64,000 bases of DNA. Source: the human T2T-CHM13v2.0 reference genome, Homo sapiens. The stretch lies in NCBI RefSeq assembly GCF_009914755.1, contig NC_060926.1; one strand, 5' to 3'. The stretch's first letter is position 1. Every line of letters starts with the position of its first letter. Below are positions 13,057-25,220 of this stretch, one piece after another. The translations under genes were made by a program, and so were the position numbers. A model generated the notes under the pieces. It had not been told where the DNA came from, ran no database searches, and saw only the letters and a list, made by a program, of their open reading frames with translations.

Positions 13057-13388
13057 CCTCTCCATTTTAGAAAACTGGAAATATTTCATCACCTCTAGTC
13101 TTTAAAAGCAAAATGAAATAAAATCTTGCAATGAAGTCTTGCTTTTACCAAATAAAGTTCAAGTTCAACATTACATAAGGCTTTCACAAGGTAGTTAACC
13201 TTCTTCCTCTCCTAACTGACACAGCACTGGTCCCTTCTTCCCCTTTCACAGAACAGCCTTCACCTGTACTGCAGATATTTAAAGCCTACCTTAAATGTCA
13301 CCTTAACCCTTTTCCTGGCCCTAGGAGAAAATAAACCATTTCCCACTTGATACTATCTGTACTATTACATTTAAAACTAAATGATTAC

Positions 13389-13417
13389 CTGTACCTGGAT
13401 TATTTGTACTAAAGATG
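13389..13417 (-). pseudogene. Candidate pseudo-exon, 29 nt (phase 1 to 0)
   Basis: atttctattctag|...CAG|gtaatc. Reads SLVQIIQVQ; phases fit the neighbouring exons at 13563 and 12322. Confidence 0.45.
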
Positions 13418-13562
13418 CTAGAATAGAAATCTTTTGACATCCAATTATGATATAAAGTTAAAAATGATCCAAGTAGGTACCCTAATTCAAACCCTCCAAT
13501 TTTTGCTGTACCTTATCATTTCAGGGTACCTTGTATTTAGGATCTTCAGGAAAAAAAAATAC

Positions 13563-13737
13563 CTGCGTTAAATTTTGACTGCCAAGTTTTGTGTGCTTGA
13601 ATCAAACTCATTTCTTTTGGGTAGCTTTTACTAATTGCCATTTACTCCCATATTCATGTAGAGTTGACCATTTTTCTGCTATCCACACTGTAAGTTCTTT
13701 AGATTTTCATCTTATAAATGTCCATATTTTATAGAAC
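13563..13737 (-). pseudogene. Candidate pseudo-exon
   Basis: Donor CAG|gtattt, weak acceptor. Ends MAISKSYPKEMSLIQAHKTWQSKFNA in phase 1. Confidence 0.35.
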
Positions 13738-14109
13738 CTATTTATTAACACAGTTATTTCCTCATTCTACATTGTAAATACCTTAAGGTTACAAACCATC
13801 TTTCATTCGCATCTTCAATAATTAGCACTCTGCCTGACACAGAAAATTTAGACAATTCTTTTTGAATGAATGAATTCACAGTAATAGTTTAGATACATAA
13901 AAATAGATCCAGATCCAGACATAGAGTTGGATGAAAATGTACAAAGAGATGCAGCTAACGACATAGACTTAAGGAAAAATTATACATCTCTTTTTCCTCA
14001 GAGAGCTTAGTGATAAGGACTATTACTGTTATTTTTTTAATTTGGATATTGACTTAGTGTTCTGTTTAACAATAAGAATAAGAACAACAATACTAAATAC
14101 ACAATGATT

Positions 14110-14280
14110 TGCAAACACTTAATGAATTATGCACCAGTAAACACACCAGGCAACATACTGTGTGCTTTGCATGCTGCTATCAACAAGGCTATGCAACAGT
14201 CTGTTATCTACGTTTGTGGATAAGGAATCTGATGCTCTAAGAGGTTAAAAGATTTTCTTAAGATGACATAACTGTAAGAA
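14110..14280 (-). mobile_element. MIR
   Basis: tttgtggataaggaatctgatgctctaagaggttaaaagattttcttaagatgacata, MIR core reversed. Confidence 0.65.
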
Positions 14281-14689
14281 ATGAAGGAAATTATTATTAT
14301 CAATTAAAACAAGACAGTAGGAGTAGACGAAACAACCAGACTGTGGTAGGCAGAGGAAGTCCAAGTGGAAGAGGAGGAGAGAACATCAGGAAAAGCCCCT
14401 GGAATACTTTCTAGCAAGGCCATCAGTCATTTAAGGTTGTCCTCTCTTTCCCCCTCTAGGGCTAATTTAAATCCATCTTGCTGTGATTTAAGTCTTTCTT
14501 TTGGTTTTCAACCCTCTCATAACCTTGAGCTTACTAAAAACAAAACAAAATAAAATCTTCCTGAAATACATTGCTTCCTTTTCCCTCATACAATTGTTTT
14601 GTCCCTTAAATATTCCTAATATCTATCATGTTGTATTTTCTTCTGTTTTTCTTGTTCATATTAATTATCTGTAAAATGCTACACACTAC

Positions 14690-14898
14690 CTGGGATAAGA
14701 TAGGAAATAGTAACGTCAGCATCACTCCCTTTGTCTTTGCATCTCGACCTGAAATAGTCTATGAGTTTATAAAAGGCATTGGGCCATCCTCTCAGCATTG
14801 CAGGGCCACAGACAAGTCAAGTTTAAATATTTACATTTAAACAGATTTCAGGAATTGGGACTTCATGATTTTCCATTAAACATGACCAATATCAGTAA
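14690..14898 (-). pseudogene. Pseudo-exon, Tudor C-terminal half
   Basis: Acceptor tgtgtttccattcctaag. TDIGHV / EVPIPEICLNVNI*T*LVCGPAMLRGWPNAFYKLIDYFRSRCKDK. Donor CAG|gtagtg (or at 14592). Confidence 0.55.
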
Positions 14899-15015
14899 CT
14901 TAGGAATGGAAACACAAATTTTTTCATCAAATAGTTTGCCATGTTAATTTATAAATTGTGGTATGTGGATAGTGAAAGATTTAAAAAGTATGTTTCCTGT
15001 TTAAAAATAGGGAAA

Positions 15016-15205
15016 CTATAGCTAACAATAATGCACTGTATATTTCAAATGGCTAGAAGAAAGAATTTTGACTGCTCTCACAACAAATAAATTATAAACA
15101 TTTAGGTGGTGAATATAATAATTACTATGATTTGATCATTACACAGTATACATGTAGCAAAACATCACATTGTATCACATAAGTATGTACAATTATGTGT
15201 CCAAA
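15016..15205 (+). mobile_element. L1MA-type 3' end
   Basis: actatagctaacaataatgcactgtatatttcaaa...gatttgatcattacaca...acatcacattgta...tatgtacaattatgtgtc. Confidence 0.85.
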
Positions 15206-15293
15206 AGTATATTTTCAGTATTTATGACTGCTAAAAAACAGTGGTGAGAAAAGGAAGTTGACAGGTATTTTGTGTGATTTCTTTTCTACATAC

Positions 15294-15583
15294 CTCTTGC
15301 TTGCAATGTGCACTATTTCATCACCCTTTTCATTTTAGTATACAAATCTCATGTTCAACAATGTTAGAATTTATATCCAAATGGCAAGCAGGCTTGTGTT
15401 TCCCATTTATATGTTCATTTTCATAAAAAACAAACAGAAAATGTTATTTTCACACATCGTACACCTCTTGAAACTAGCACTCTTTCTCGGCCATAATGCT
15501 GTATTCCCATCTTTTGGGGCATTACTCAATTTATCCTGCCTACTGATGGCTCCTAAGAGTTTTTGTGACAAATTCCCATGTGT
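15294..15583 (-). pseudogene. Pseudo-exon, 290 nt, frameshifted
   Basis: Acceptor tttctttccgactcccacag, donor GAG|gtatgt. Long open stretches in alternating frames (THGNLSQKLLGAISRQDKL...; NEKGDEIVHIASK). Confidence 0.6.
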
Positions 15584-15895
15584 CTGTGGGAGTCGGAAAG
15601 AAAATTGTAAAACAACAACAAAAAGATGATCTTTTGAAAATAAGATATACATTCTTGTAATTGTGCACCAAATGTTAGCACTGTCCCAGAAGTTAGCAAT
15701 TTCTTCAGTAAGGCTATATCACTGTACTTTTATATTTTATATTTGGTTCATGCCAAATTCTTATATAATCCTACCATATTGATGGAATTACTCATCTTGG
15801 CTGTAAAAATTCAAAGTAATTAAATTATTTAATTCTTTAAGCTTTCTAGAAAGTCTGAATTAAATCTTTCAAACTGGCAAGGAAAAGCAATTTAC

Positions 15896-16010
15896 CTTTA
15901 CTAGTTCTTCCTCCTTCTCCTTGCAAATTATCTGTATTTTGAACCTCAACCACTTTTCTAGTTAATGAAGTTAATGACTTCATCATGCTATGTAATTCAC
16001 TGTGTACAAT
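15896..16010 (-). pseudogene. Pseudo-exon, 115 nt, fully open (phase 0 to 1)
   Basis: ttctgcttttattatatag|...AAG|gtaaat. IVHSELHSMMKSLTSLTRKVVEVQNTDNLQGEGGRTSK (LxxMMxxL helix-like). Confidence 0.7.
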
Positions 16011-17027
16011 CTATATAATAAAAGCAGAAGATGATATAGAATATTCTTGACGTTCATGAATATTAAATGTTGAAAAGTAATTAGATGGTAAAAATAGAAA
16101 TATAAATAAAAATAATGAAACACTAAGGGAAATGTTTGCATGGTAATATATCAACTTTAAGAAGCTTGCTTAGAGAGAATTGTAGCAAATATTTCTACAG
16201 TAATGACGATTTTCTAGAGCATTTTGATATGTATCATTACACTTCATCTTCACAGCAACCTGAGATAAAAAATCTTTACATTCTACAGAAATAAATTACT
16301 GTAAGTTAAGGCTGAGCTAGGATCGGTCTCTATAGTATGTATTTCCTTGGCAAATTCTTTGCTTTTCTTTTCCACACTAAGATAATTTCTGCCCCTTTGA
16401 AAGCAAATTCGTATATTGCACAATTCTCTCTACATTCCTCTAGATAAACAGGTTTTACTTTGTACTCTAACAATGTATACGATAAATTTTAAAATAAATT
16501 TTTACTTTTAAAGTTCTAGAGTAGTAAAAATTATAAACTAGAAACTTTTTTCTCCTTCAAATTCCTAAATGTAGTTTTCATTAAAGTTTTGCCTTTGGCC
16601 CTATTTGACAAGTTCATCCATGGCCACAACTTCAACTGCCTTCTCTTCACAAATGTCCCCTCAATCCTCTCTTCCTAAATCCTCATTACTCTCCCCCTTG
16701 AGGACTAGACCAATAGGACTCTGTCTGGAAATCTATTAGGACCCTACATTCAATATTCACCAAATGGAACTGATTAACAACTTCTACAATATGTGACTTC
16801 CATATTTTGGCTGATGTTCCAACCATTCCAGCAGTACCCAGAACTGGAAATCACTCCAGGCCAAGCAACCAAGACTAGTGACAATGTCTGCCTAGCTGTC
16901 TTTTCCCCATTCTCTTTGTTACTGCCATTATCAGAGCTTTGGTCACCAACATGTAGGCACTCAAAAATTGCCAAGAAAATGAAGAAGCACCACCTTAGAC
17001 TTGCCTGCCATTATTTCTCAAATGTTA

Positions 17028-17378
<351 letters not shown>

Positions 17379-17585
17379 TTACAGACCCCTTATGTTGACC
17401 TGAATTATGCTTTCATATTGTTACTTAGTCATAAATGCACAAACCTATATATAAAATTCCTATTTTGATAGCTATGTAGTCATAAACCAATTTTTCAAAT
17501 GAAATACAAACTACAAAATAAACCTTTTATAATGACTCTAATTTAATATGTTAAATGATAGTGTGTTGCTGAAACTAAACCTTAC

Positions 17586-17829
17586 CTTAATATAAGAATA
17601 CAAATTAGCTACTATAATATAAATTCACTTTACTTTGTAAGCCTACACCACCATATGTCCCTCTAATTTCTCCACAGAAACTTATCTGAAACCTCATTTG
17701 GTCTTTGTATAGCTAATATGCATTATTTATACATTAACTCTACCACTGTGGTTTTCTCATTCTTCTACAACATTAAATTACTAGAATTGGATCCGCATAT
17801 TGCCATAAACACCAATAAAATATCAGCCA
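17586..17829 (-). pseudogene. Pseudo-exon, Tudor-like core and C-terminal part
   Basis: ttttcacgtaatttcag|...AAG|gtaagg. ADIL / FIGVYGNM / SSNLML*KNE...K*CILAIQRPNE; ends IYIIVANLYSYIK in phase 0, matching the exon at 16010. Confidence 0.65.
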
Positions 17830-17861
17830 CTGAAATTACGTGAAAAAAAATATATATGCAT

Positions 17862-18125
17862 ATTGCCCAGAGCTGGAGTATAATGTTGTACAAATCTCGG
17901 CTCACGGCAACCTCCGCCTCCCAGTTCAAGCAATTATCCTACCTCAGCCTCCCTAGTAGCTGGGATTATAGGCATGCACCACTATGCCTGGCTAATTTTT
18001 GTGTTTTTAGTAGAGACGGGGTTTCAACATATTGGCCAGGCTGCTTTCGAACTCCCGACCTCGTGATCCACCTGCATTGGCCTCCCAAAGTGCTGGGATT
18101 ACAGGCATAAGCCACCTTGCCCAGC
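17862..18125 (-). mobile_element. AluS (Sg/Sc-like) lacking its 3' end and tail
   Basis: Alu body with acctcgtgatcc and no poly-T. An extra Alu 5'-end fragment follows at 18131-18153. Confidence 0.9.
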
Positions 18126-18204
18126 ATGGACAGGTGTAAGCACCATGCCCAGCTGAAAATAATTGTTTATATCATAGCCATACAGATAATTTTGAACAAA
18201 CTCA

Positions 18205-18490
18205 GGTTAATTTTGAGATTATAAAAGAAATGAAAGTGGAAGCATTCTCTTAGAGAATACACCCACAAATTTCCCAATAGTCTTCAGGGCAAAGTTGGAG
18301 AAACACAAGCCTATATATCTGGAATAGCACACTGGCATTTATCATTATCACCATAATAAGCTCTATCTAATAGATGGTTCAGTGTTGGCTGAATAGACCT
18401 TCTTATTGCTGAGCTCTCTCTTATGCATTAAGCTGTCATTCCTTGAAACTTGCTTATGGTGGTAAGCTTAATTTCTTTGTGTTTCATTTA
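18205..18490 (-). pseudogene. Candidate pseudo-exon, Tudor N-terminal half
   Basis: One frame reads KEIKLTTISKFQGMTA*CIRESSAIRRSIQPTLNHLLDRAYYGDNDKCQCAIPDI, then shifted GLCF / PEDYW. Splice sites decayed. Confidence 0.45.
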
Positions 18491-18629
18491 TTTGCTTCAC
18501 TTGTCCTATTGCCCACTGGATGAAAAGCTACTTTGGGCTATTATTTAAATGGTTATATACTTAGTTTAAATATTCATATTTAAACTTTTATAGCACCAAA
18601 CACAGTGCTTCCCATCGGTTAGGCACTCC

Positions 18630-18900
18630 ACTGTGTTCATTTATTTAATACTCATTTATTGAGCTTCTACAATCTGCCCAGCAGCTGCAAGGACTGAGCA
18701 TAGTGGTAGACAAATTACAGTCTTTGCCCTTAAAGAGTTTATATTGTGGTGGCGAACCAATAATAAAACAAGTATATGACATCATTTCTGATTAAGTGAT
18801 CAGGCAAAAATAAAGTCTGGTCGGGAGAATGCCAAAGGAAATTCTTTACCTAGAGTAGTCAGGAAAAGCTGTACCAAAGAGAAACTAAGTGAGCTGAGAT
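18630..18900 (-). mobile_element. L2 fragment
   Basis: catttattgagcttctac...ctttgcccttaaagagtttatattgtggtgg. Confidence 0.7.
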
Positions 18901-20003
18901 CAGCTGAATCTAGATTCAGCTTCATATTTTATTAATAATATCCATTTGTCAGTTATAGCTTCCAATAGACTAGTAATTGCAGATAAATTGTTCTGCTTAT
19001 TTTTTGTGACAGGAGATCAACAAATTTTTATTTTGGCATCTATTGTATCATCAAATCACCATAAAAACAGCATGACTATGTACCACTTCCCCCTATTTAA
19101 TGGATGATGAAACCAAGTCTTAGAAAAGTATCCAAAGCACTTATTCCAAAGTTTGAAGTAATTGCTACTTGTTGAGCTATAAATCAAACTTAAACCTATT
19201 TGATTCATTGTCTTTTCATTATACTACACCAACTTCTAGTATATTAAAAGTTCCAATAATGTTTTCATGGTGGTCGCATAACCCTAGTAATTAACAATGA
19301 ATGAACTTATAAGACAGGAAGACTATGGCTATCAAAATATTCTAACACAATATATTGCCTATGTCTAAAATGACAAGGTAGTTGATGTAATCTGATGTAA
19401 GCATACAATTTTAGTTTAGATGACTTTCAGACTTTCAAAATGAAGACAGCTGTAAACAAGGAAACAGTTACAACATGTTGATGCTTTGGTTAAACAGCAA
19501 CTACAACAACAACAAAAATTATGTTTGGGGTAAGCAATACAGCATAAAAAAAATCTGTCTAACCAGTCCTGAGTATAAATGATGAGTCATGTAATTATTG
19601 TGAATAACTAATGAGGTTAGCAGGGCTGTTTGTGCTGAAGAATCAAATTACATTTTAATTCATTTAAAATAGGTTTTTGAGATTAAAGCTAATAAATACA
19701 AAAGTTCATGCAACAATGGAAACTACTTTTAATTTCCTTGGATTAGAAATGTGTATCTTGTTTATTATAAAATACTTCTGCTTTGATAAAAGATGTTCAT
19801 CATTATCACAACACCAATATTTCTATTGCCGTCTCATTTAATTCCTTGGAGATCTGAGACAAGGCCCCAAACAAGCTAAAAAGAAGTCTGCAATGTGCAC
19901 TCAGCAACAGTGTTCAAACATTATTAAAATAAGGATGCATTCTTCCTTCTACCCAACTTTATTTTGCATTAAAATCTTGAGGGAAAAAAAAAAAAAAACT
20001 TAT

Positions 20004-20673
20004 GAAACTGGAGGAATGCGCCAGGCGCAGTGGCTCACGCCTGTAATCCCAGCACTTTGGGAGGCTGAGGCAGGCAGATCACGAGGTCAGGAGATCAAGA
20101 CCATCCTGGCCAACATGGTGAAACCCCGTCTCTACTAAAAAAATACAAAAAATATCTGGGCGTGGTGGCACACACCTGTAGTCCCAGCTACTCAGGAGGC
20201 TGAGGCAGGAGAATCACTTGAATCCAGGAGGCGGAGGCTGCAGTGAGCCGAGATCACGCCACTGCACTCCAGCCTGGGTGACAGAGTGAGACTCTGTCTC
20301 AAAAAACAAACAAACAAACAAACAAACAAACAAACAGAATGGAGAAATGTGGTGTTGTATTGTTAATAAAGCTCATGTCAAAACAAAGAATTTCCTCATT
20401 TCTCTATATTTGCAGTGTTTATAGGTCACTTTCTTTTTGCTAATGAAATTCTGGATTATTAGAACAGTGCAGAAATCTCCATTTTACATATTAAATGCTA
20501 CCCTTCCACCAGAGTAAATAAGCTGAAGAAACCCTAGCAAAAGAAGCAATATTTATCTTTCTTGTTCTCAAGATCTTGTCTCGCATTTTTGTTTGTTTTT
20601 CTCTGCATTGTGGTTGTATCTCTCCTCCTTCCCCACTCTACTTTGTGACTAATTATATTTAGAAGTATGTCTT
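20004..20673 (-). pseudogene. Pseudo-exon, Tudor-like, apparently interrupted by the AluSc
   Basis: Acceptor tataaatcccttag. [13 protein letters not shown]...DKYCF / FARVSSAYLLWWKGSI / NGDFCTVLIIQNFISKKKV...[17 protein letters not shown]. Putative decayed donor C|ataagt beyond the Alu. Confidence 0.55.
20020..20336 (+). mobile_element. AluSc-like with (CAAA)n tail
   Basis: gatcacgaggtcaggagatcaagaccatcctggccaacatggtg diagnostics; degenerate TSD. Confidence 0.93.
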
Positions 20674-20733
20674 CTAAGGGATTTATAAAAGGACTCATGA
20701 AAAATATCAAAAGCATATCATCAAGACAGAAAT

Positions 20734-21160
<427 letters not shown>

Positions 21161-21169
21161 TCAAACTTA

Positions 21170-21310
21170 TCCCAAGGGAAAGATATTTTAATTTCTCAGA
21201 TGATGACTGGATACTCAGAGAGGTTAAATGGGTTTACACAAGGTCATGCTGGAAGGATGTGGTAGAGCTGGCATGTGAGCTCACATCTTGGAACTCAGTG
21301 TTTCTTCCAC
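21170..21310 (-). mobile_element. MIR
   Basis: ctcagatgatgactggatactcagagaggttaaatgggtttacacaaggtcatgc. Confidence 0.7.
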
Positions 21311-21589
21311 TCTAGGTTGTCTCCCAACAAAACATGTTGTGTTCTTAAACGGACTTAACCAAAATCTTCTGGAGCAGTAGGTGTAAATGCAAAACTTTCC
21401 CATTTTAGCTACAGCATTGCTGTGGACAAAGTATGATGCTTTATTCGATTTCACTGAGCAGAGCTGGAGAATAGGGATGGATATGTAGGTGTGTCCTTGA
21501 GGATTTTAGTGACCCCCCAGGGAAGAGGGACATAGGCTATGTTTTTATCTACAGAGACAGATCCATCAAGAAGCTCCAGATATGCTTAC

Positions 21590-21665
21590 TTTTATTTATG
21601 AATAGAAATCCCTTTCTCTCAGCAATTATGTAGAATACTGTGCTGTCTTTCAACCCTTAAGTCAT
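21590..21665 (-). pseudogene. Pseudo-exon, 76 nt (phase 0 to 1)
   Basis: ttcaatttttctctgcag|...AAA|gtaagc. MT*GLKDSTVFYIIAERKGFLFINK; phase fits the exon at 20673. Confidence 0.7.
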
Positions 21666-22128
21666 CTGCAGAGAAAAATTGAAAAATTGTGAAGACTCCA
21701 CTTGTGGGTTGCTAATGTCTCTCTCTAGTCTACAGCTTCTTCATTATTTTCTAGTTAATATGGTCATAACCACAAAAATGTTGTAATGAATTTGTAAAGA
21801 ACAAAACATTTAAAAAGTAAAAATTACTAACAAATTTTATTGATTCTAAGATGTATCAGTTAATGTCAATGTTATGAGATCATAGTCTTCATATACATTT
21901 ACCTATATGAAAACTCAGAGAGAGGATATATCATTTATTCAAGAAAGCTAGAAAATGGCTGCACAGTAATTTCAGTGCCTGAGCTTACTACTTTATTAGT
22001 ACTATTTGATCCACAGTTATTTCACCAATAAAAATCCCTAAGACTGTTAATTCCATAGGAACCGAGAACATGTTTTTACTTTTTCATATTTTAGAACCTA
22101 ACACAGCTCTATTTGGTATTTAATATAT

Positions 22129-22351
22129 GGGAAAGAGGTGGAAGAGAGGGAAAGAAAAGAAAGAAGGAGAGGAAACAAAACTGGAAGAGGAGAAAAGGGG
22201 ACAGGATATGAGGTAAGAGAAGGGGAGGGGAGGAGAGAGGAGAGAAAATAGAAGGAGAGAGGAAAGGAAATAGAAGGAGAGAAAAAAGGAAAGAAATGAA
22301 GGGAAGGAATGGAAGTTTGAAATAAGGGGGAAAAAAAGGAAGGAAAGAAGA
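22129..22351 (+). repeat. GA-rich polypurine low-complexity tract
   Basis: About 220 bp, almost entirely A/G. Confidence 0.9.
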
Positions 22352-22367
22352 TTTGACCCAAACTCAG

Positions 22368-22476
22368 AGTTTTTGCCATGTCAGTATCTGTGGAGTGGAT
22401 GACGTATCTGGAAGTAGGTTTCTTTGGACCTTCCATTAGTCTATTTAGGTCAACAAAAGCAGCCCTTTCGTATATA
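22368..22476 (-). pseudogene. Pseudo-exon, 109 nt, fully open (phase 2 to 0), donor mutated
   Basis: tgctttttctctataactag|IYERAAFVDLNRLMEGPKKPTSRYVIHSTDTDMAKT|ctgagt (GT to CT); phase fits the exon at 21665. Confidence 0.6.
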
Positions 22477-23480
22477 CTAGTTATAGAGAAAAAGCAGTAT
22501 ATAAAACACTAGGAAATGAAAGATTCTTAAAGGAAATAATAAAGAATGTTTCAGAATTAGAAGAGATAAAATCGAATAAAAAACATCTGGCAAAGATAAA
22601 GATGTAGTAAGACCCAGTGCCTGCAATACTGAACTCCAATTTGATGAAAATGTGGTGAAACTTATTTCGCATCTTTGAACACTGCCTTTCTATTCTGAAA
22701 TGATGGGTCTATCTAGGGTGCTCAGTCAGGGTAACTTCTAGTTTCAAAAAGCTATCTTGACTACACTAGACCAGAATTAATTTTTCTAATCATATTTTCT
22801 CTCATTTAAAAGAAGACAATAGATACCAAAATGACTACTCCCATGAATATATGTTTTCAAATAAATAAATTATAAACTGAGTTAAAGCTTAAGATTCCTG
22901 TATCTTTCAGAAGCACTCTTTGAGATCTTACAAGTCCGAGAGGACTAGAAGGAAAGTAAGATGACTTAGGTAGAAAATAAGATGACTAAGGTATGTCTTA
23001 TTCAGTATTAAAGTGTTGGCATTTACATTTTTATCAGCGTTATGCTTACAATAAGGTTTAGGATGCATTGCCTCTTAGTTATCTTATGATATTATTGATA
23101 CAACAATAACTATTATTTTTCAATAATAGAAAGGTAAGACTTTTTCCAGTAACAATATACTCTTCTCACATTTCAGAGAGGCATGAAATGTAACACGGTA
23201 TATTGCCTCTATTTGTATTCCGGAATCTAACTTATATCCTATTGTATGTATAAATTCAGTTAGACAATTTTAAAAGGGGGAATAAGTTATACAAATTGAG
23301 AGTTAATTCACCATGTAAAGGGCAAGAAAGCAAGGATGAACTATTTGGACATCCTTGGGCTTGCTTATGAAGTAGCAGCTAATTTGGGAAATAACTGAAA
23401 CATTAACCCATAGATGTTCCATTACCATCATCTCCAAGTGGCAGTCATTTAATGTAGTCCTTCCTAGGCTTGTGAATCAC

Positions 23481-23995
23481 CTGCTTCTAACATCTATTCT
23501 GACTGCCAAATCCTAAAGGAGTACATAGAAATGCCTTCAAATACTTCAATTTATATATCCCTTTTTGTTCTTTATGACCAGACGCAGAAGTTTTGGTAAC
23601 TACCGCAAAAGTGTTGCTTGGGAAATCTCTGAACGTTATTAAATAGCCAAACCTCTAGTGCTACTCGTTCCAGTACATACCACAGAGAGATGCCCCGGTG
23701 AGAAGCAACTGGATTGCCAATCCCACTTCTGTAATTTCAACCATCTGTACTTGTGACTTTTGATTTACATTTCAAATTTGAAACAGCTATTTGTTGTCTC
23801 TGTTCAAAGCATCAAAATTCATACAGCATGTCTCTCCAGAATTAGTATTCATATGGGCCTTTTGTTGCACCTCAGTTCCAGCTGTTGCAAATTTGGTAAA
23901 ATCCACCCTGTCATTTTTGCCCATTGCGGTAACAGACAACAGAAACTTAATGATTTATTCACAACGTTACAGAATAAAGATGAAGATGTTGTACA
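23481..23995 (-). pseudogene. Large pseudo-exon spanning one extended-Tudor-like domain
   Basis: Acceptor tattctgtttatcaacag. One frame of about 170 codons with 7 stops: YNIFIFIL*...FTKFATAG...NSGETCCMNFD...GLAIQLLLTGASLCGMYWNE*H*RFGYLI. Donor CAG|gtgatt (alternative TG|gtatgt at 23680). Confidence 0.65.
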
Positions 23996-24564
23996 CTGTT
24001 GATAAACAGAATAGTAGTTGGGGGAAAGTGCTGACCTGATCTTTATCTGTTTTTGCTATTGAATGGAAGACTTGGAAATATGTTTTTGCTACATTAAAAC
24101 TGGATTTGTTAAGCCTAGCAAATTATGGACTTGTATTTTTCCCCCTTATTTCTTAAAGCTAATGGTGAAGATTCTAACTTCCAAGTACTAAATGCCTATA
24201 GTAAATTGATGAAAATGGCAGTCACCTTTAGATGTGTACAAAGGAACAAAATGTCAAGAAAGGTATCATCTTTTACTGCCTAATAACTGAGGCTCATTTA
24301 CAAAGTAATCACTGACTGACATAAAACTTTTACCTAGAAATAGTAGAAACTTATAGCCTAACTTTAAATGTAAAGACTGCATACTAAACATACAATCAAG
24401 TCTTAATTAGCAGTACCCATCAATTGGATTTTGTTTTATTGCCCTTGAAGGAGGCAAGAAAATAAGAAATTAAGTTTGCTCGGAGAGTTAATCAAATATA
24501 GATGAAAAAAATCATTCAGTGTTTGGACCACAATTGCTATTTATCCAATCCTAATATTCTAGAC

Positions 24565-24756
24565 CAGTGCCATCCGATAGAATGTGCAATGATGAAAATG
24601 TTCTTTATCTGTAGCTGCTGACAGTAGCCACAAGTCATGTGTAGCTATTGAGCAGCTGAAATATGGTTACTGCAATGAAAAAATATTTTTTAATTTTAAT
24701 TGTTTTTAATTTAAATAACCCCATGTGGCTAGTGGCTACTACATTGGATGGTACAG
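24565..24756. mobile_element. MER3 (hAT-Charlie)
   Basis: gatagaatgtgcaatgatgaaaatgttct...gtagccacaagtcatgtgtagctattgagca...ccatgtggctagtggctact. Confidence 0.85.
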
Positions 24757-24999
24757 TTTTATACCTTCTATATCTGCTGTTCTCTACAATAAATATTCAA
24801 CTTCAGAATAAGGATGATAATATTATATATTCTCAAAGTTCAAAGAAAAACTACATTATTAACCAAAATTATATTATTAAAATTAAATCGATACTAATAT
24901 GTTTTTTAACAAGATTTTCAATAGCATAGATTCGAACCTAGGAAAGCTGCCTAGGTGATTTGTGATATGTACCTTACCATAAAAAGGTAGTTTAACAGA

Positions 25000-25220
25000 A
25001 AACATATGGGTCTGTAGAATCAGTTCTATGTTCCAATTCTCACCCAAATGTTTCCATGCTATGTGCCTTCAGGCACGCTACCAGTTATTCTAAGGTTCAT
25101 TTTCATTGTCTTTGAAAGTTTGAAATAACTGTAACATAACAACAATGTTAAAAGGATTAAATGAGATAATCTGCAAATACAAGGTACCTGGCAGAATGCC
25201 AGGGATAAAATATGTGTTAG
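25000..25220 (+). mobile_element. MIR
   Basis: aggattaaatgagataatctgcaaatacaaggtacctggcaga. Confidence 0.65.

Noticed and set aside
19700-19975. Apparent acceptor (poly-T ccctcaag) and exon
   Set aside because: It is too close to the inferred donor at 20003, has no consistent frame and has no clear donor. Left unassigned.
21900-22100. Exon-like minus-strand segment
   Set aside because: It matches the L2 3' region and has stops in all frames.
23760-24039. Two plus-strand ORFs of 80-82 aa
   Set aside because: Non-ATG starts and no splice context. They are antisense shadows of the minus-strand pseudo-exon.
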